Part shown: one piece after another, positions 1 through 8,916 of the stretch
Layout of the letters: every line of letters starts with the position of its first letter
How positions within the stretch are numbered: position 1 is the first letter of the stretch
Assembly (NCBI GenBank): GCA_964496765.1
Contig: CAZCAP010000003.1
Span: forward strand, 1 to 32,000
DNA: 32,000 nucleotides
DNA from: an uncultured archaeon
GTDB lineage: Archaea > Iainarchaeota > Iainarchaeia > Iainarchaeales > CSSED10-239
Reading direction: 5' to 3'
Position numbers and translations under genes: made by a program
The notes under the pieces: generated by a model
Told to the model about the DNA's origin: nothing
The model's database searches: none
Seen by the model: only the letters and a program-made list of their open reading frames with translations

Positions 1-285
1 GGCGGAAATACTGGAACAGCAATAACTCCAGCTGTATGGAATGTTGGAACAAATAGACTTGTTTACTTAGATAACGAATCACCTGCTGGTGCAATGATCA
101 TCGTTGGTGGATTTGTTGTAAACACTCTTGCACAAACAACATACGGTCTTGAAGATAAGCTTGTTCAATCAGGTAACTACGTTGTTGGAAAAGCAGCAAA
201 CGGTAATATCGTTGTTGCTGGAACAGACGCTGTTGACACAGCTTCAGCTGCAAAGGAATTAATCGCAGCAATCGAAAACATGTAA
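1..285 (+). CDS. C-terminal end of an S-layer-like surface protein (partial, starts before the window)
   Basis: Frame 1 is open from base 1 (GGNTGTAITPAVWNVGTNRLVYLDNESPAGAMIIVGGFVVNTLAQTTYGLEDKLVQSGNYVVGKAANGNIVVAGTDAVDTASAAKELIAAIENM*). The 'IIVGG..VN.L' plus 'vvAG.da.dT..Aa..L' pattern resembles archaeal S-layer C-terminal domains. Confidence 0.7.
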   Translation, partial: GGNTGTAITPAVWNVGTNRLVYLDNESPAGAMIIVGGFVVNTLAQTTYGLEDKLVQSGNYVVGKAANGNIVVAGTDAVDTASAAKELIAAIENM

Positions 286-298
286 ATGTTTGAGATCT

Positions 299-338
299 GA
301 AAAGGATTAAACTCCTTTTCCTTTTTTCTTTTTTTTTA
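299..338 (+). terminator. Hairpin plus oligo-T transcription terminator for the S-layer gene
   Basis: Perfect 8-bp stem GAAAAGGA-(TTAAAC)-TCCTTTTC followed by CCTTTTTTCTTTTTTTTT, just after the TAA at 283-285. Confidence 0.65.
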
Positions 339-476
339 AATTACCCTGAGACGTAAGTCTAGGCTAGAAAGCTATTACAAATCTATTTAAAAAGATAACT
401 ATTAGTATGTTATATACACCTAACATATTATTAATAATGTGTTACTTACACACAACCAACTATGATGTGATATTTT

Positions 477-1802
477 ATGCGAGATATAATGTCTTATAAT
501 CAAAATATTTTAATTTCACAAAATCAATGGTGGAAAGAACAAATATCTATTGATTATAAAGAAAGAGATGAACATCTAAAAATATTACAATATTTAAATG
601 AACCACAAATAATAGCTATAATAGGAATTAGAAGAGTTGGAAAAACAACCACCTTATATAAATTAATTGAAAAATACATTTTAGAAGGCTTTAATAAAAC
701 AAGTATTTTATTTGTTTCTTTTGATGAACTAAAAGAAGAAAAAATAAGAAATATAATAGACGATTATTGTATATTACACAACAAAGATTTATTCAAAGAT
801 AATTTATTGTTTTTCTTTGATGAAATTCAAAAAGTAAATAATTGGGAAGATCAATTAAAATCAATATATGATGAACATAAACTAAAAGGAAATATTAAAA
901 TATTTATTTCTGGTTCAGAATCTCTATTTATAAGAAAAAAATCAAAGGAAACGCTTGCAGGAAGAATATATGAATTTAAATTAAATCCACTATCCTTTAA
1001 AGAATATTTATCTTTTATAAATTATAATTTTGATAATATTAATCTATATAATAAAGAGTTATTACAAAAATTCAATGAATATATAATTTCCCAAGGATTC
1101 CCTGAATTAATAAGTAAAACAAATAAAGAAATAATAAAAAATTATACTTCAGGAATTATTGAAAAAGTAATATTTAGTGATATTGCAATTCAGTTTAAAG
1201 TAAAAAATCCATCGGTTTTAGAATCAATAGTAAACATAATCTCAAATGAACCTGGGCAGATAATAGATAACAATGGTTTAGCAAAAGAACTTGGAATATC
1301 TAGGCAATTAGTCTCAACATATTTAAAATATTTATGTGATTCTTTCTTAGTTTTAAAACTATATAACTTTTCTAAAAACCAAAGAAAATCAGAAAGAAAG
1401 CAAAAAAAATATTATCCAATTATTTTATCAAATCAATTAATATTTAGTGATGATTATCTTATTAAAACAAAAGTTTTTGAAAGTATTATTGTTAGTCAAT
1501 TAGAATCTAATTTTTTTTGGAGAACTCCTCAACAAAATGAAGTGGATGTTATATTAACCAAAGATAATAAAATAATTCCTATAGAAATAAAATATGGCAA
1601 AATAGAAACTACAGGGCTTGTTAAGTTTTTAACAACCTTTAATTTAGATAAGGGATACATAATTAGTTATAATGAGGAAAAAATAATAACGAACAATGTT
1701 AAAATTAGAACTAATTCAAGTACCATCAAAGAAGTTCAGAAAACAATTTATGTTATTCCAGCATATAAGTTCTTGCTTCTTAAGGATAAATATTTATTCT
1801 AG
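477..1802 (+). CDS. AAA family ATPase with DUF4143-type C-terminal domain
   Basis: Walker A GIRRVGKTTT, Walker B LLFFFDEIQK, ISGSESLF, and a C-terminal nuclease-like EVDVILTKDNKIIPIEIKYG motif. The alternative start at 489 (MSYNQ) is equally plausible. Confidence 0.85.
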   Translation: MRDIMSYNQNILISQNQWWKEQISIDYKERDEHLKILQYLNEPQIIAIIGIRRVGKTTTLYKLIEKYILEGFNKTSILFVSFDELKEEKIRNIIDDYCILHNKDLFKDNLLFFFDEIQKVNNWEDQLKSIYDEHKLKGNIKIFISGSESLFIRKKSKETLAGRIYEFKLNPLSFKEYLSFINYNFDNINLYNKELLQKFNEYIISQGFPELISKTNKEIIKNYTSGIIEKVIFSDIAIQFKVKNPSVLESIVNIISNEPGQIIDNNGLAKELGISRQLVSTYLKYLCDSFLVLKLYNFSKNQRKSERKQKKYYPIILSNQLIFSDDYLIKTKVFESIIVSQLESNFFWRTPQQNEVDVILTKDNKIIPIEIKYGKIETTGLVKFLTTFNLDKGYIISYNEEKIITNNVKIRTNSSTIKEVQKTIYVIPAYKFLLLKDKYLF

Positions 1803-4121
1803 AGCCGATGCAACATCTTTTGCATCCTTCTTTTCTTCATTAATTCTCTTTACTATTTTTGGAGCAAAGGAATCATGATACCATTTCTTCCAAATGGTTG
1901 TTACTTCTAGGTAGTCTATTCTCCCTTTTTCCTCAAGATAAACTTCCTTTAAAAGAAGTAGTTTATTATGTGTTGCAGCTGTGTTCTCTGCTTCCAATAA
2001 TTCAATACAATTCATTTCATGTGCAACTTCTACTTGATACTCTTTTTCGGTTGCAAGCATCTTAATATTATCCCAAACCTCTTCTATTCCCATCCCTGAA
2101 AGCCTACATATTTTTGAAAATAATTCTGAGTCCTTGAGTGCATCTTCATTCAGGATTAATGTATCCTTTCCTGCGTCATACTCAAGTAGGTTAAGTAATC
2201 CACCTTCTGCATCAGGATCTTTATTCCAATGCTTTCTAACTTCCGTTATTTGAACTATTCTTCTATGACTCTTGAGAGAGCCCTTAAACCTAATTGGTTT
2301 ACCAACCACAACCAGATCTGTTGCCTTAAATGAGGTGGTTGGAACCCCTAGATCGTTAACAACCCTATCCCATACAGCATATGCGGAGTCAGCGTGTATG
2401 GTTCCCATAACCACGTTCCCTGCTGCACCAATCCTCATTGCTTCATATAGCACTTTTGCTTCAACTGATCTAACCTCTCCAACAACCAGTGCTGAATCAC
2501 CAAGTCTCAAGGCTGTTCTTAGTGCATCCTCTGGCTTAACCTCTGCACTCTCTTCACTAGCACCAATGGCTGACCTAGTTTTTAATCTTTGAATATTATA
2601 TCCTATTTCCTTCATGTACTCAATTGGTAGTTCAAGAGTGTCCTCCTGAACAATAACTCTTGCGTTCTGAAGTATTTCAAGCATAAGTGCGGTCATGAGT
2701 GATGTTTTTCCAGAACCACGTGATCCAGCAACCAGAAGAGTACAATTATTATTTACAAAAAAAGATAACATTCCTGCTGCAAGTGGTGATAAAGATTTAA
2801 CATTAATTAATTGTGGAAGAGTCCATGGTGTTTCCTTGTGCAATCTAAATGCAAATGCTGTTCCATCTGTTGCAAGTGGTTTTCCAATAATTGCAATTCT
2901 TGTGTTAAGATCAGCTAGATCATAGTCTAGTATGGGATGAGCATCATCAAATGGTCTTCCAGACATTGCTCTTATTTTTCCAACAAAGCTTTCTGCATCT
3001 CTATCAGTGTAGTTTATGTTTGTTTGGCATTGTCCATATTGTGAATGAACCAAATAAATTGGTTTTGCACCAAGTGGCGAATCTAAATAAACATCAGTTA
3101 CTCTCTTATCAGATAACAATAGCTCAAGTATTCCATAGCCAATGGTGTATCTTGTTACAATCTCTGATAGCGCATTAATGTCCTCTGCTGATAAGTTTAT
3201 GCTATATCTTCTTGCAACATCTGCAATCGTGCTTTGATAAATTCTTTCAAAATATTTTTTAGTGGATGTTCCTGTTGTTAGGGTTACTTTTCCTGGTTGA
3301 TAGTTAGCAACAGTATCTTTTGTTTTAGTTAAAACAAAGTAATGATCAGGAGATAGAGTGTACTCAGGAGGATTAATAATATATTGATATTCAATCTTAT
3401 CTGGATGTTTGAATATTTGTACATTTGAATTAAGAACAGGATATTCATCCATTAATTGAAGTTTATCCATGTCTTCAAAGCTAATTCTTGAACCAATGAA
3501 TGCAGGCTTGATTTCAACCTCAAACAATGCTCTATAAATTTCTGATAAATCAGAAAGGTCTGTTGATTTAATAAGCAATGGTTTTAATGTTCTTATGAAC
3601 TTTGTTCTATCATACTCTTCTTTAATTAGGTTTAAATATTTTAAATTAGCTTTAAAGCATTCATTGCAGGGTTTACCCTGGGATTCATCAGCTCTTGATT
3701 TATTACTCTCGACTTCTCTTAATAATGAAAGATAGGAAGCAATTGGATCATAGGATAATAGATCTCTTGCAAACTTTAGTATATTATTATGTCTTTCAGG
3801 ATAGCATTCATCACAATCTATGTCCTTTACTCCAAGATGGGATGAAACCCAAACAGCTTTATTTTCAAAACTAATAAGTAGGTTTACCATTTCCTTTAAA
3901 TAATTAGTTTGTTCTTCTCCATATACTCTCTCATAAACATCAGCAAGAATAACCTCATCAGCATCAACTGTTTCAAGTATCTTCATTACATGATATCTAC
4001 ATCTTGGATCATCAGAGATAGACGTGTTATAAACACAATTACGGCAATCAAAAGCAAGCTTCTTTTTATTCCCCTCTGTGGTAACCACATAGTTACCAAC
4101 TGCATATTTTCCAATCTTCAT
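1794..4121 (-). CDS. Type II/IV secretion (GspE/VirB11/TadA-like) archaeal ATPase
   Basis: Walker A VAGSRGSGKTSLM, VQEDTLELP, ALRLGDSALVVGEVRSVEAKVLYEAMRIGAAGNVVMGTIHADSAYAV. The Cys-rich N-terminal region has CRNC..DPRC, CDEC and CNEC. Confidence 0.88.
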   Translation of the reverse strand: MKIGKYAVGNYVVTTEGNKKKLAFDCRNCVYNTSISDDPRCRYHVMKILETVDADEVILADVYERVYGEEQTNYLKEMVNLLISFENKAVWVSSHLGVKDIDCDECYPERHNNILKFARDLLSYDPIASYLSLLREVESNKSRADESQGKPCNECFKANLKYLNLIKEEYDRTKFIRTLKPLLIKSTDLSDLSEIYRALFEVEIKPAFIGSRISFEDMDKLQLMDEYPVLNSNVQIFKHPDKIEYQYIINPPEYTLSPDHYFVLTKTKDTVANYQPGKVTLTTGTSTKKYFERIYQSTIADVARRYSINLSAEDINALSEIVTRYTIGYGILELLLSDKRVTDVYLDSPLGAKPIYLVHSQYGQCQTNINYTDRDAESFVGKIRAMSGRPFDDAHPILDYDLADLNTRIAIIGKPLATDGTAFAFRLHKETPWTLPQLINVKSLSPLAAGMLSFFVNNNCTLLVAGSRGSGKTSLMTALMLEILQNARVIVQEDTLELPIEYMKEIGYNIQRLKTRSAIGASEESAEVKPEDALRTALRLGDSALVVGEVRSVEAKVLYEAMRIGAAGNVVMGTIHADSAYAVWDRVVNDLGVPTTSFKATDLVVVGKPIRFKGSLKSHRRIVQITEVRKHWNKDPDAEGGLLNLLEYDAGKDTLILNEDALKDSELFSKICRLSGMGIEEVWDNIKMLATEKEYQVEVAHEMNCIELLEAENTAATHNKLLLLKEVYLEEKGRIDYLEVTTIWKKWYHDSFAPKIVKRINEEKKDAKDVASALE

Positions 4122-4277
4122 GAGTAAATGCCTTTTTTATATAATATATTATTATAATCTCTGTTATTATATATATCTTTAATATTTTTATATATTTGTA
4201 TTATACTTCCTTTTAATAACTTTTCCTTTTAATAATTATATACTACTTTAGATTAAATTTAAATGGGTTGAATAACT

Positions 4278-5606
4278 ATGGTAACAACATTAAATGATGC
4301 AAATGAAATTTATAATAAAATTAAGCTTGATACTAGTAAGGATGATAGTGAACTATCAATTGAGCTAGAAAAAATAAAAACCAAATATCAAGGTCTTCTT
4401 TCGGATGTTGGAGCAAACATAATGCTTGCTAAGTCTTTAGGAGTTAATCTTGATCTCAAAAGAACAAATGCTTTTCTTAAGATATCTGAAATCAATCCTG
4501 GTCTTGATGGGGTTTCTCTCTATGCAAGAGTTAAGTCCATTTCACCAGTAAGAACATTTACTGGAAAGGACGGAGGAACAGGAACTGTTCAATCAGTTTT
4601 TCTTTCTGATGAAACAGGATCAATTAAACTAAGTCTATGGCATGATAAAACAAATCTAGTTACTGAACTTGGACTTGATAAAAATACTTTACTATTAATT
4701 AAGGATGCCTATGTTTCAACCTACAATGATAAAACAGAATTGTCCCTAAGACAGGGTGGAAGCATAACCATAGAATCCAATAGCTCTCTTGTTCCTAAGA
4801 TTTCAGAAAACTTTATGTCTTTATCTGACATCTCTTCTGCCTATGAGTTTACAATAGACACAGTTGGAAGAATAACAAACATCTATCCAGAAAAAGAGTT
4901 TATGGATAAGGATGGGAAACCAAGAAAATTAATCTCAATTGAAATATCTGATGGAAAGAGAAGCATTAGATGTACCTCCTTTGATACTCATGTCGAGTTT
5001 ATTAAAACCAATTTTACAAAAGGAGATATAATTAAGCTTTGTGATGTTAGAGTAAAAGATGGACTCTATGATCAGGAAATAAACATTAATTGGAACTCAA
5101 CTATTATTAAAAATCCAAAAACAAAAGAAGTTATTCCTCCATTGAAGGATATGATTTCAAACAAGATTGAAAAAGGAACCATTTCAACACTTACAGAAAA
5201 CAAACCCTATCTTCTTGAAGGGGTTATTGTTTCAATAAATAAAAATAAACTAAGATATTTTAAATGCCCAACCTGTCAAGAAAAAATACAATCAATTGAA
5301 GGAGAGTTTATTTGCGAGAAATGCAATAAATCAGTTGATCCAATAGTTAATATATTTGGTTCAATTGATATTGATGATGGAACAGGGGTTATTAGAATTG
5401 TCTTCTTTAATGATATTGCAACAAAATTATATTCTTTAAACCCACAGGATCTTAAGAAAGAACTAACCGAAGAAGAAAGAAATGAAATATTTGATACTTT
5501 GGAAGCAAACCTAGCTGGAAAGAAAATATCAATTACTGGAAGAGGAAGAATGAATAATTTCTCTGGAAAAGTTGAGTTCCTTTGTGATTCTTTAGAATTA
5601 ATTTAA
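4278..5606 (+). CDS. Replication factor A (RPA-like ssDNA-binding protein, multiple OB folds plus Zn finger)
   Basis: Repeated OB-fold segments (VKSISPVRTFTGKDGGTGTVQSVFLSDETGSIKLSLWHDKTN) and a CPTCQ...CEKC zinc ribbon. Confidence 0.88.
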   Translation: MVTTLNDANEIYNKIKLDTSKDDSELSIELEKIKTKYQGLLSDVGANIMLAKSLGVNLDLKRTNAFLKISEINPGLDGVSLYARVKSISPVRTFTGKDGGTGTVQSVFLSDETGSIKLSLWHDKTNLVTELGLDKNTLLLIKDAYVSTYNDKTELSLRQGGSITIESNSSLVPKISENFMSLSDISSAYEFTIDTVGRITNIYPEKEFMDKDGKPRKLISIEISDGKRSIRCTSFDTHVEFIKTNFTKGDIIKLCDVRVKDGLYDQEININWNSTIIKNPKTKEVIPPLKDMISNKIEKGTISTLTENKPYLLEGVIVSINKNKLRYFKCPTCQEKIQSIEGEFICEKCNKSVDPIVNIFGSIDIDDGTGVIRIVFFNDIATKLYSLNPQDLKKELTEEERNEIFDTLEANLAGKKISITGRGRMNNFSGKVEFLCDSLELI

Positions 5607-5610
5607 TTCT
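5594..5610 (+). repeat. 17-nt inverted repeat over the rpa stop codon (possible terminator or processing hairpin)
   Basis: AGAATTAA-T-TTAATTCT, arms perfectly complementary, overlapping the TAA stop at 5604-5606. Confidence 0.4.
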
Positions 5611-5882
5611 TTAGAAGGGGGTTAGTTTGATTTGCGCCACATTTCAAGAGGGGCTGGTTCATTTTCCAAACTAAATCTTATTATATTTGCTTTCCTTCTT
5701 ATTATATATTGAAATTTTCAATCCGCTTTTCTTTTGGGAAACACTTGGTTAATAGTTAAAATGCCTTTTAATAACTAATTAACATCCAACAAAACAAAGA
5801 ACAGGAAGGGGATTTGCTTGGCCAGGTACCCTCCCAAAAAGAATATATCCAATCAATTTTATAATATATGTGGTGACCTCTA

Positions 5883-6731
5883 ATGAATATTGATGATAAG
5901 AAGAAGTTGATTGTGTTCGAAAATAAAAAGATAAGAAGAATCTGGCATAGTGATGATTGGTTCTTTTCAGTTGTTGATGTGGTTGGTGCATTAACTGATA
6001 GTGATAATCCTAGAAATTATTGGAATATGCTTAAAATTAGAGAACAAGAGTCTAATGGAATTGAACTGTACACAAATTGTGTACAGTTGAAATTGGTTGC
6101 AGAAGATGGAAAATTAAGAGAAACTGATTGTGCAAACCTAGAAGGAATATTTAGAATTATTCAATCTATTCCATCAAAGAAAGCTGAACCATTCAAACTA
6201 TGGCTAGCAAAAGTTGGAAATGAGAGAATTAATGAGATGCATGATCCAGAGCTTACCATAGATCGAGCAATGAGAGATTATCTAAGAAAAGGATACTCAA
6301 AGGAATGGATTAATCAAAGATTAAAAACAATTGAAGTAAGAAAAGATCTAACTGATGAATGGAATAGGGTTGGAATAGAAAATGATTTGGATTATGCGAT
6401 TCTCACAAATGAGCTTACAAAAGCATGGTCTGGAAAAACAGTTGGAGAGTACAAGAAATTAAAGAATATTAAAAAAGAAAATCTTAGAGATAATATGACT
6501 AATCTTGAATTAGTCTTAAATATGCTTGCAGAAGCAACCACTACAGAGATTTCAAAAAAGGATGATCCAAAAACATTTACTGAAAGCAAACAAATTGCAA
6601 ACAAGGGTGGAACCATTGCAGGAAATGCAAGAAAGGAGATTGAAACACATCTAGGTAAGTGTGTTGTAACATCAAGAAATGCAAAAAATTTTCGTTTAGA
6701 AAAAAAGGACAAACAAAAATTAATAAAATAA
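5883..6731 (+). CDS. Bro-N (BRO family / phage antirepressor-like) protein
   Basis: N-terminal KIRRIWHSDDWFFSVVDVVGALTDSDNPRNYWNMLKIRE...QLKLVAEDGKLRETDCANLEGIFRIIQSIPSKKAEPFKLWLAKVG matches Bro-N. C-terminal GGTIAGNARKEIETHLGKCVVTSRNAKNF. GGTGA Shine-Dalgarno upstream. Confidence 0.85.
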   Translation: MNIDDKKKLIVFENKKIRRIWHSDDWFFSVVDVVGALTDSDNPRNYWNMLKIREQESNGIELYTNCVQLKLVAEDGKLRETDCANLEGIFRIIQSIPSKKAEPFKLWLAKVGNERINEMHDPELTIDRAMRDYLRKGYSKEWINQRLKTIEVRKDLTDEWNRVGIENDLDYAILTNELTKAWSGKTVGEYKKLKNIKKENLRDNMTNLELVLNMLAEATTTEISKKDDPKTFTESKQIANKGGTIAGNARKEIETHLGKCVVTSRNAKNFRLEKKDKQKLIK

Positions 6732-6745
6732 ATTTGTGATTAAAA

Positions 6746-8893
6746 ATGGTTGAAGATTTTGATTTTGAAGATTTTGAAACAACAGAAAACATAACAAGAA
6801 CAAATGTAACCGTTGATGAATACATAAACACGTTTCTTGAATTCTTTGAAAGTATATGTAAAAGAGATATTGAATTTCTTGCATCTAATTATCCCACTGA
6901 AAGAAGTCTGATGGTTGATTATAAAAAACTAGAAGATTTTGATTTATCTTTTGCAGAAAAACTTCTTGAAAACCCAAACCTCCTATTGGAAGCAGCAAAC
7001 ATTGCAATCAAGAAAATGGATGTGGGTATTCTAGATGCAGAAATTGAAATGAAGTTTGAACCAATCGTTAGATTCTTTAATATTCCAAAGGAATATATGA
7101 TTGAGATCAGAGATATTGGTGCAGAACAAATTTCTAAATTAATTTCTGTTGAAGGTACCATTAGAATAACAACTGAAAGACTTGAAAAATTAACTCTTGC
7201 ACATTTTGTTTGTAAATCCTGTGGAACAAGCGTGGATATTATTCAAAAAACCCAGATCATGGTTAAACCTTTATTTTGTCCTGATTGTAAAAAACGTGAT
7301 TTTGATTTAGATCTTGATCAAAGTAAATTTATAGATTACCAAAAACTAAACATGCAGGAACCTCTTGAAAATCTAAAGGGTAGTGATCAAGCAAACAATA
7401 TAGAGGTATTTATTTCTGATGATCTTGTTAATCTTTGTTCCGCTGGTGATAAAATAATTGTTACTGGAATCATGAAGCTAAGACCACCAAAGGGAGATCA
7501 AAATATTTATACAAAATATATTCTTGCAAATCATATTGAACAGATAGATCAGGAATACAGTGAACTTAAAATTTCTCCAGAAGAGGAACAGGAGATTAGT
7601 GAGCTTTCAAAAAAAGGAGATGTTTATGATTTATTATCTGAATCTGTTGCTCCAATGATTTTTGGACATGAGGTTGTTAAGGAAGCAATCACCTTACAAA
7701 TGTTTGGTGGTGTGAAAAAAGAATTTGCTAAGCAATCACTAAGAGGAAACATACACATTCTATTGGTAGGAGATCCATCAACTGGAAAATCACAATTATT
7801 AAAATATGCAGACATTCTTGCTCCAAAAAGTATTTATGTTGCAGGAAAAACAGCATCTGGTGCTGGTTTAACTGTTTCTGCAGTAAAGGATGAGTTTGGA
7901 GATGGAGGTTGGACTCTTAAGGCTGGTGCTGTTGTTCTTGCTAGTGGTGGAATGGCGATGATTGATGAATTTGATAAAATGCTACCTGATGATCGTTCAG
8001 CTCTTCACGAAGCAATGGCCCAGGGAACTGTTTCTGTTTCGAAGGCAGGGCTTTACACAAAATTTAAAGCAGACACATCCATTCTTGCGGCCGCAAACCC
8101 AAAATACAATAGATTTGATAGATATAAAAATCCAATTGAACAAATTGATCTTCCCTTTTCACTAATTTCTAGATTTGATTTGTATTTTATTATTCCAGAT
8201 ATCCTAGATAGAGGAATGGATTTAAATATTACTAAACACATTTTAAAAACACACAGACTTGCTCAGCAGTACACAGGTATTGAAAAAAACAAATCAATTT
8301 CAAAAGAAGAATTACAAATTATTGAAAAAGAAATTTCTCCAAAGATTAGGCCCGATTTATTTAAAAAATATGTTGCCTATGCTAGACAGAACATAACTCC
8401 TGTTCTTTCTGAAGAAGCATCAAACAAGATACTTAATTATTATGTTGAGTTAAGAGATTTAGGGAGAGGAAAGAAAAGCTTCACAGCCACTCCTCGTCAA
8501 TTGGAAGGGTTAATTAGATTATCAGAAGCAAGTGCAAGAGTTAAACTTAAATCAGTTATTGATCCAAGCGATGCAGATAGAGCAATAAGAATATTTAAAA
8601 CCTCTTTAGAGCAAACTGCAACAGATAAGGAGACTGGAGTAATTGATATTGATATATTAACCACTGGACAATCACAGAGTGAAAGAAACTTCATGAAAAA
8701 CATTACAAAATTAATTAGAGATTTGACTGTGGATGGAAACCCAGTTGCTGTGTCCAAGGTTCTTGAAATGGCTGTTAAGGAAAACATGCCTGAAGAAAGA
8801 GTAAGAGAAGCAATCTCTAAGCTTAAGAAGATTGGAGACCTCTATGAACCAAGAGCAGGTCTTTTAAAAGTAACGGAGCCAGATAATATCTAA
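6746..8893 (+). CDS. mcm: Minichromosome maintenance (MCM) replicative helicase
   Basis: Zn motif CKSCG...CPDC, Walker A GDPSTGKSQLLKY, AGKTASGAGLTVSAVKDEFG, MIDEFDKM, ISRFDLYFI arginine finger region. Confidence 0.97.
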   Translation: MVEDFDFEDFETTENITRTNVTVDEYINTFLEFFESICKRDIEFLASNYPTERSLMVDYKKLEDFDLSFAEKLLENPNLLLEAANIAIKKMDVGILDAEIEMKFEPIVRFFNIPKEYMIEIRDIGAEQISKLISVEGTIRITTERLEKLTLAHFVCKSCGTSVDIIQKTQIMVKPLFCPDCKKRDFDLDLDQSKFIDYQKLNMQEPLENLKGSDQANNIEVFISDDLVNLCSAGDKIIVTGIMKLRPPKGDQNIYTKYILANHIEQIDQEYSELKISPEEEQEISELSKKGDVYDLLSESVAPMIFGHEVVKEAITLQMFGGVKKEFAKQSLRGNIHILLVGDPSTGKSQLLKYADILAPKSIYVAGKTASGAGLTVSAVKDEFGDGGWTLKAGAVVLASGGMAMIDEFDKMLPDDRSALHEAMAQGTVSVSKAGLYTKFKADTSILAAANPKYNRFDRYKNPIEQIDLPFSLISRFDLYFIIPDILDRGMDLNITKHILKTHRLAQQYTGIEKNKSISKEELQIIEKEISPKIRPDLFKKYVAYARQNITPVLSEEASNKILNYYVELRDLGRGKKSFTATPRQLEGLIRLSEASARVKLKSVIDPSDADRAIRIFKTSLEQTATDKETGVIDIDILTTGQSQSERNFMKNITKLIRDLTVDGNPVAVSKVLEMAVKENMPEERVREAISKLKKIGDLYEPRAGLLKVTEPDNI

Positions 8894-8916
8894 TAAATAA
8901 ATAAGATTGATTAGGA

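Noticed and set aside
1696-4127. Track ORFs on the strand opposite the secretion ATPase (e.g. 1859..2065, 2272..2592, 2695..2925, 2951..3178)
   Set aside because: Short ORFs antisense to a well-supported 775-aa gene, with no recognisable domains; expected by chance.
5779-5991. 70-aa minus-strand ORF before the Bro-N gene
   Set aside because: Overlaps the Bro-N start, lacks an SD-like signal and has no recognisable family; spacer structure is reported separately.
6746-8893. Possible intein in MCM
   Set aside because: Length of 715 aa and uninterrupted Walker A/B and Arg-finger regions leave no room for an intein.
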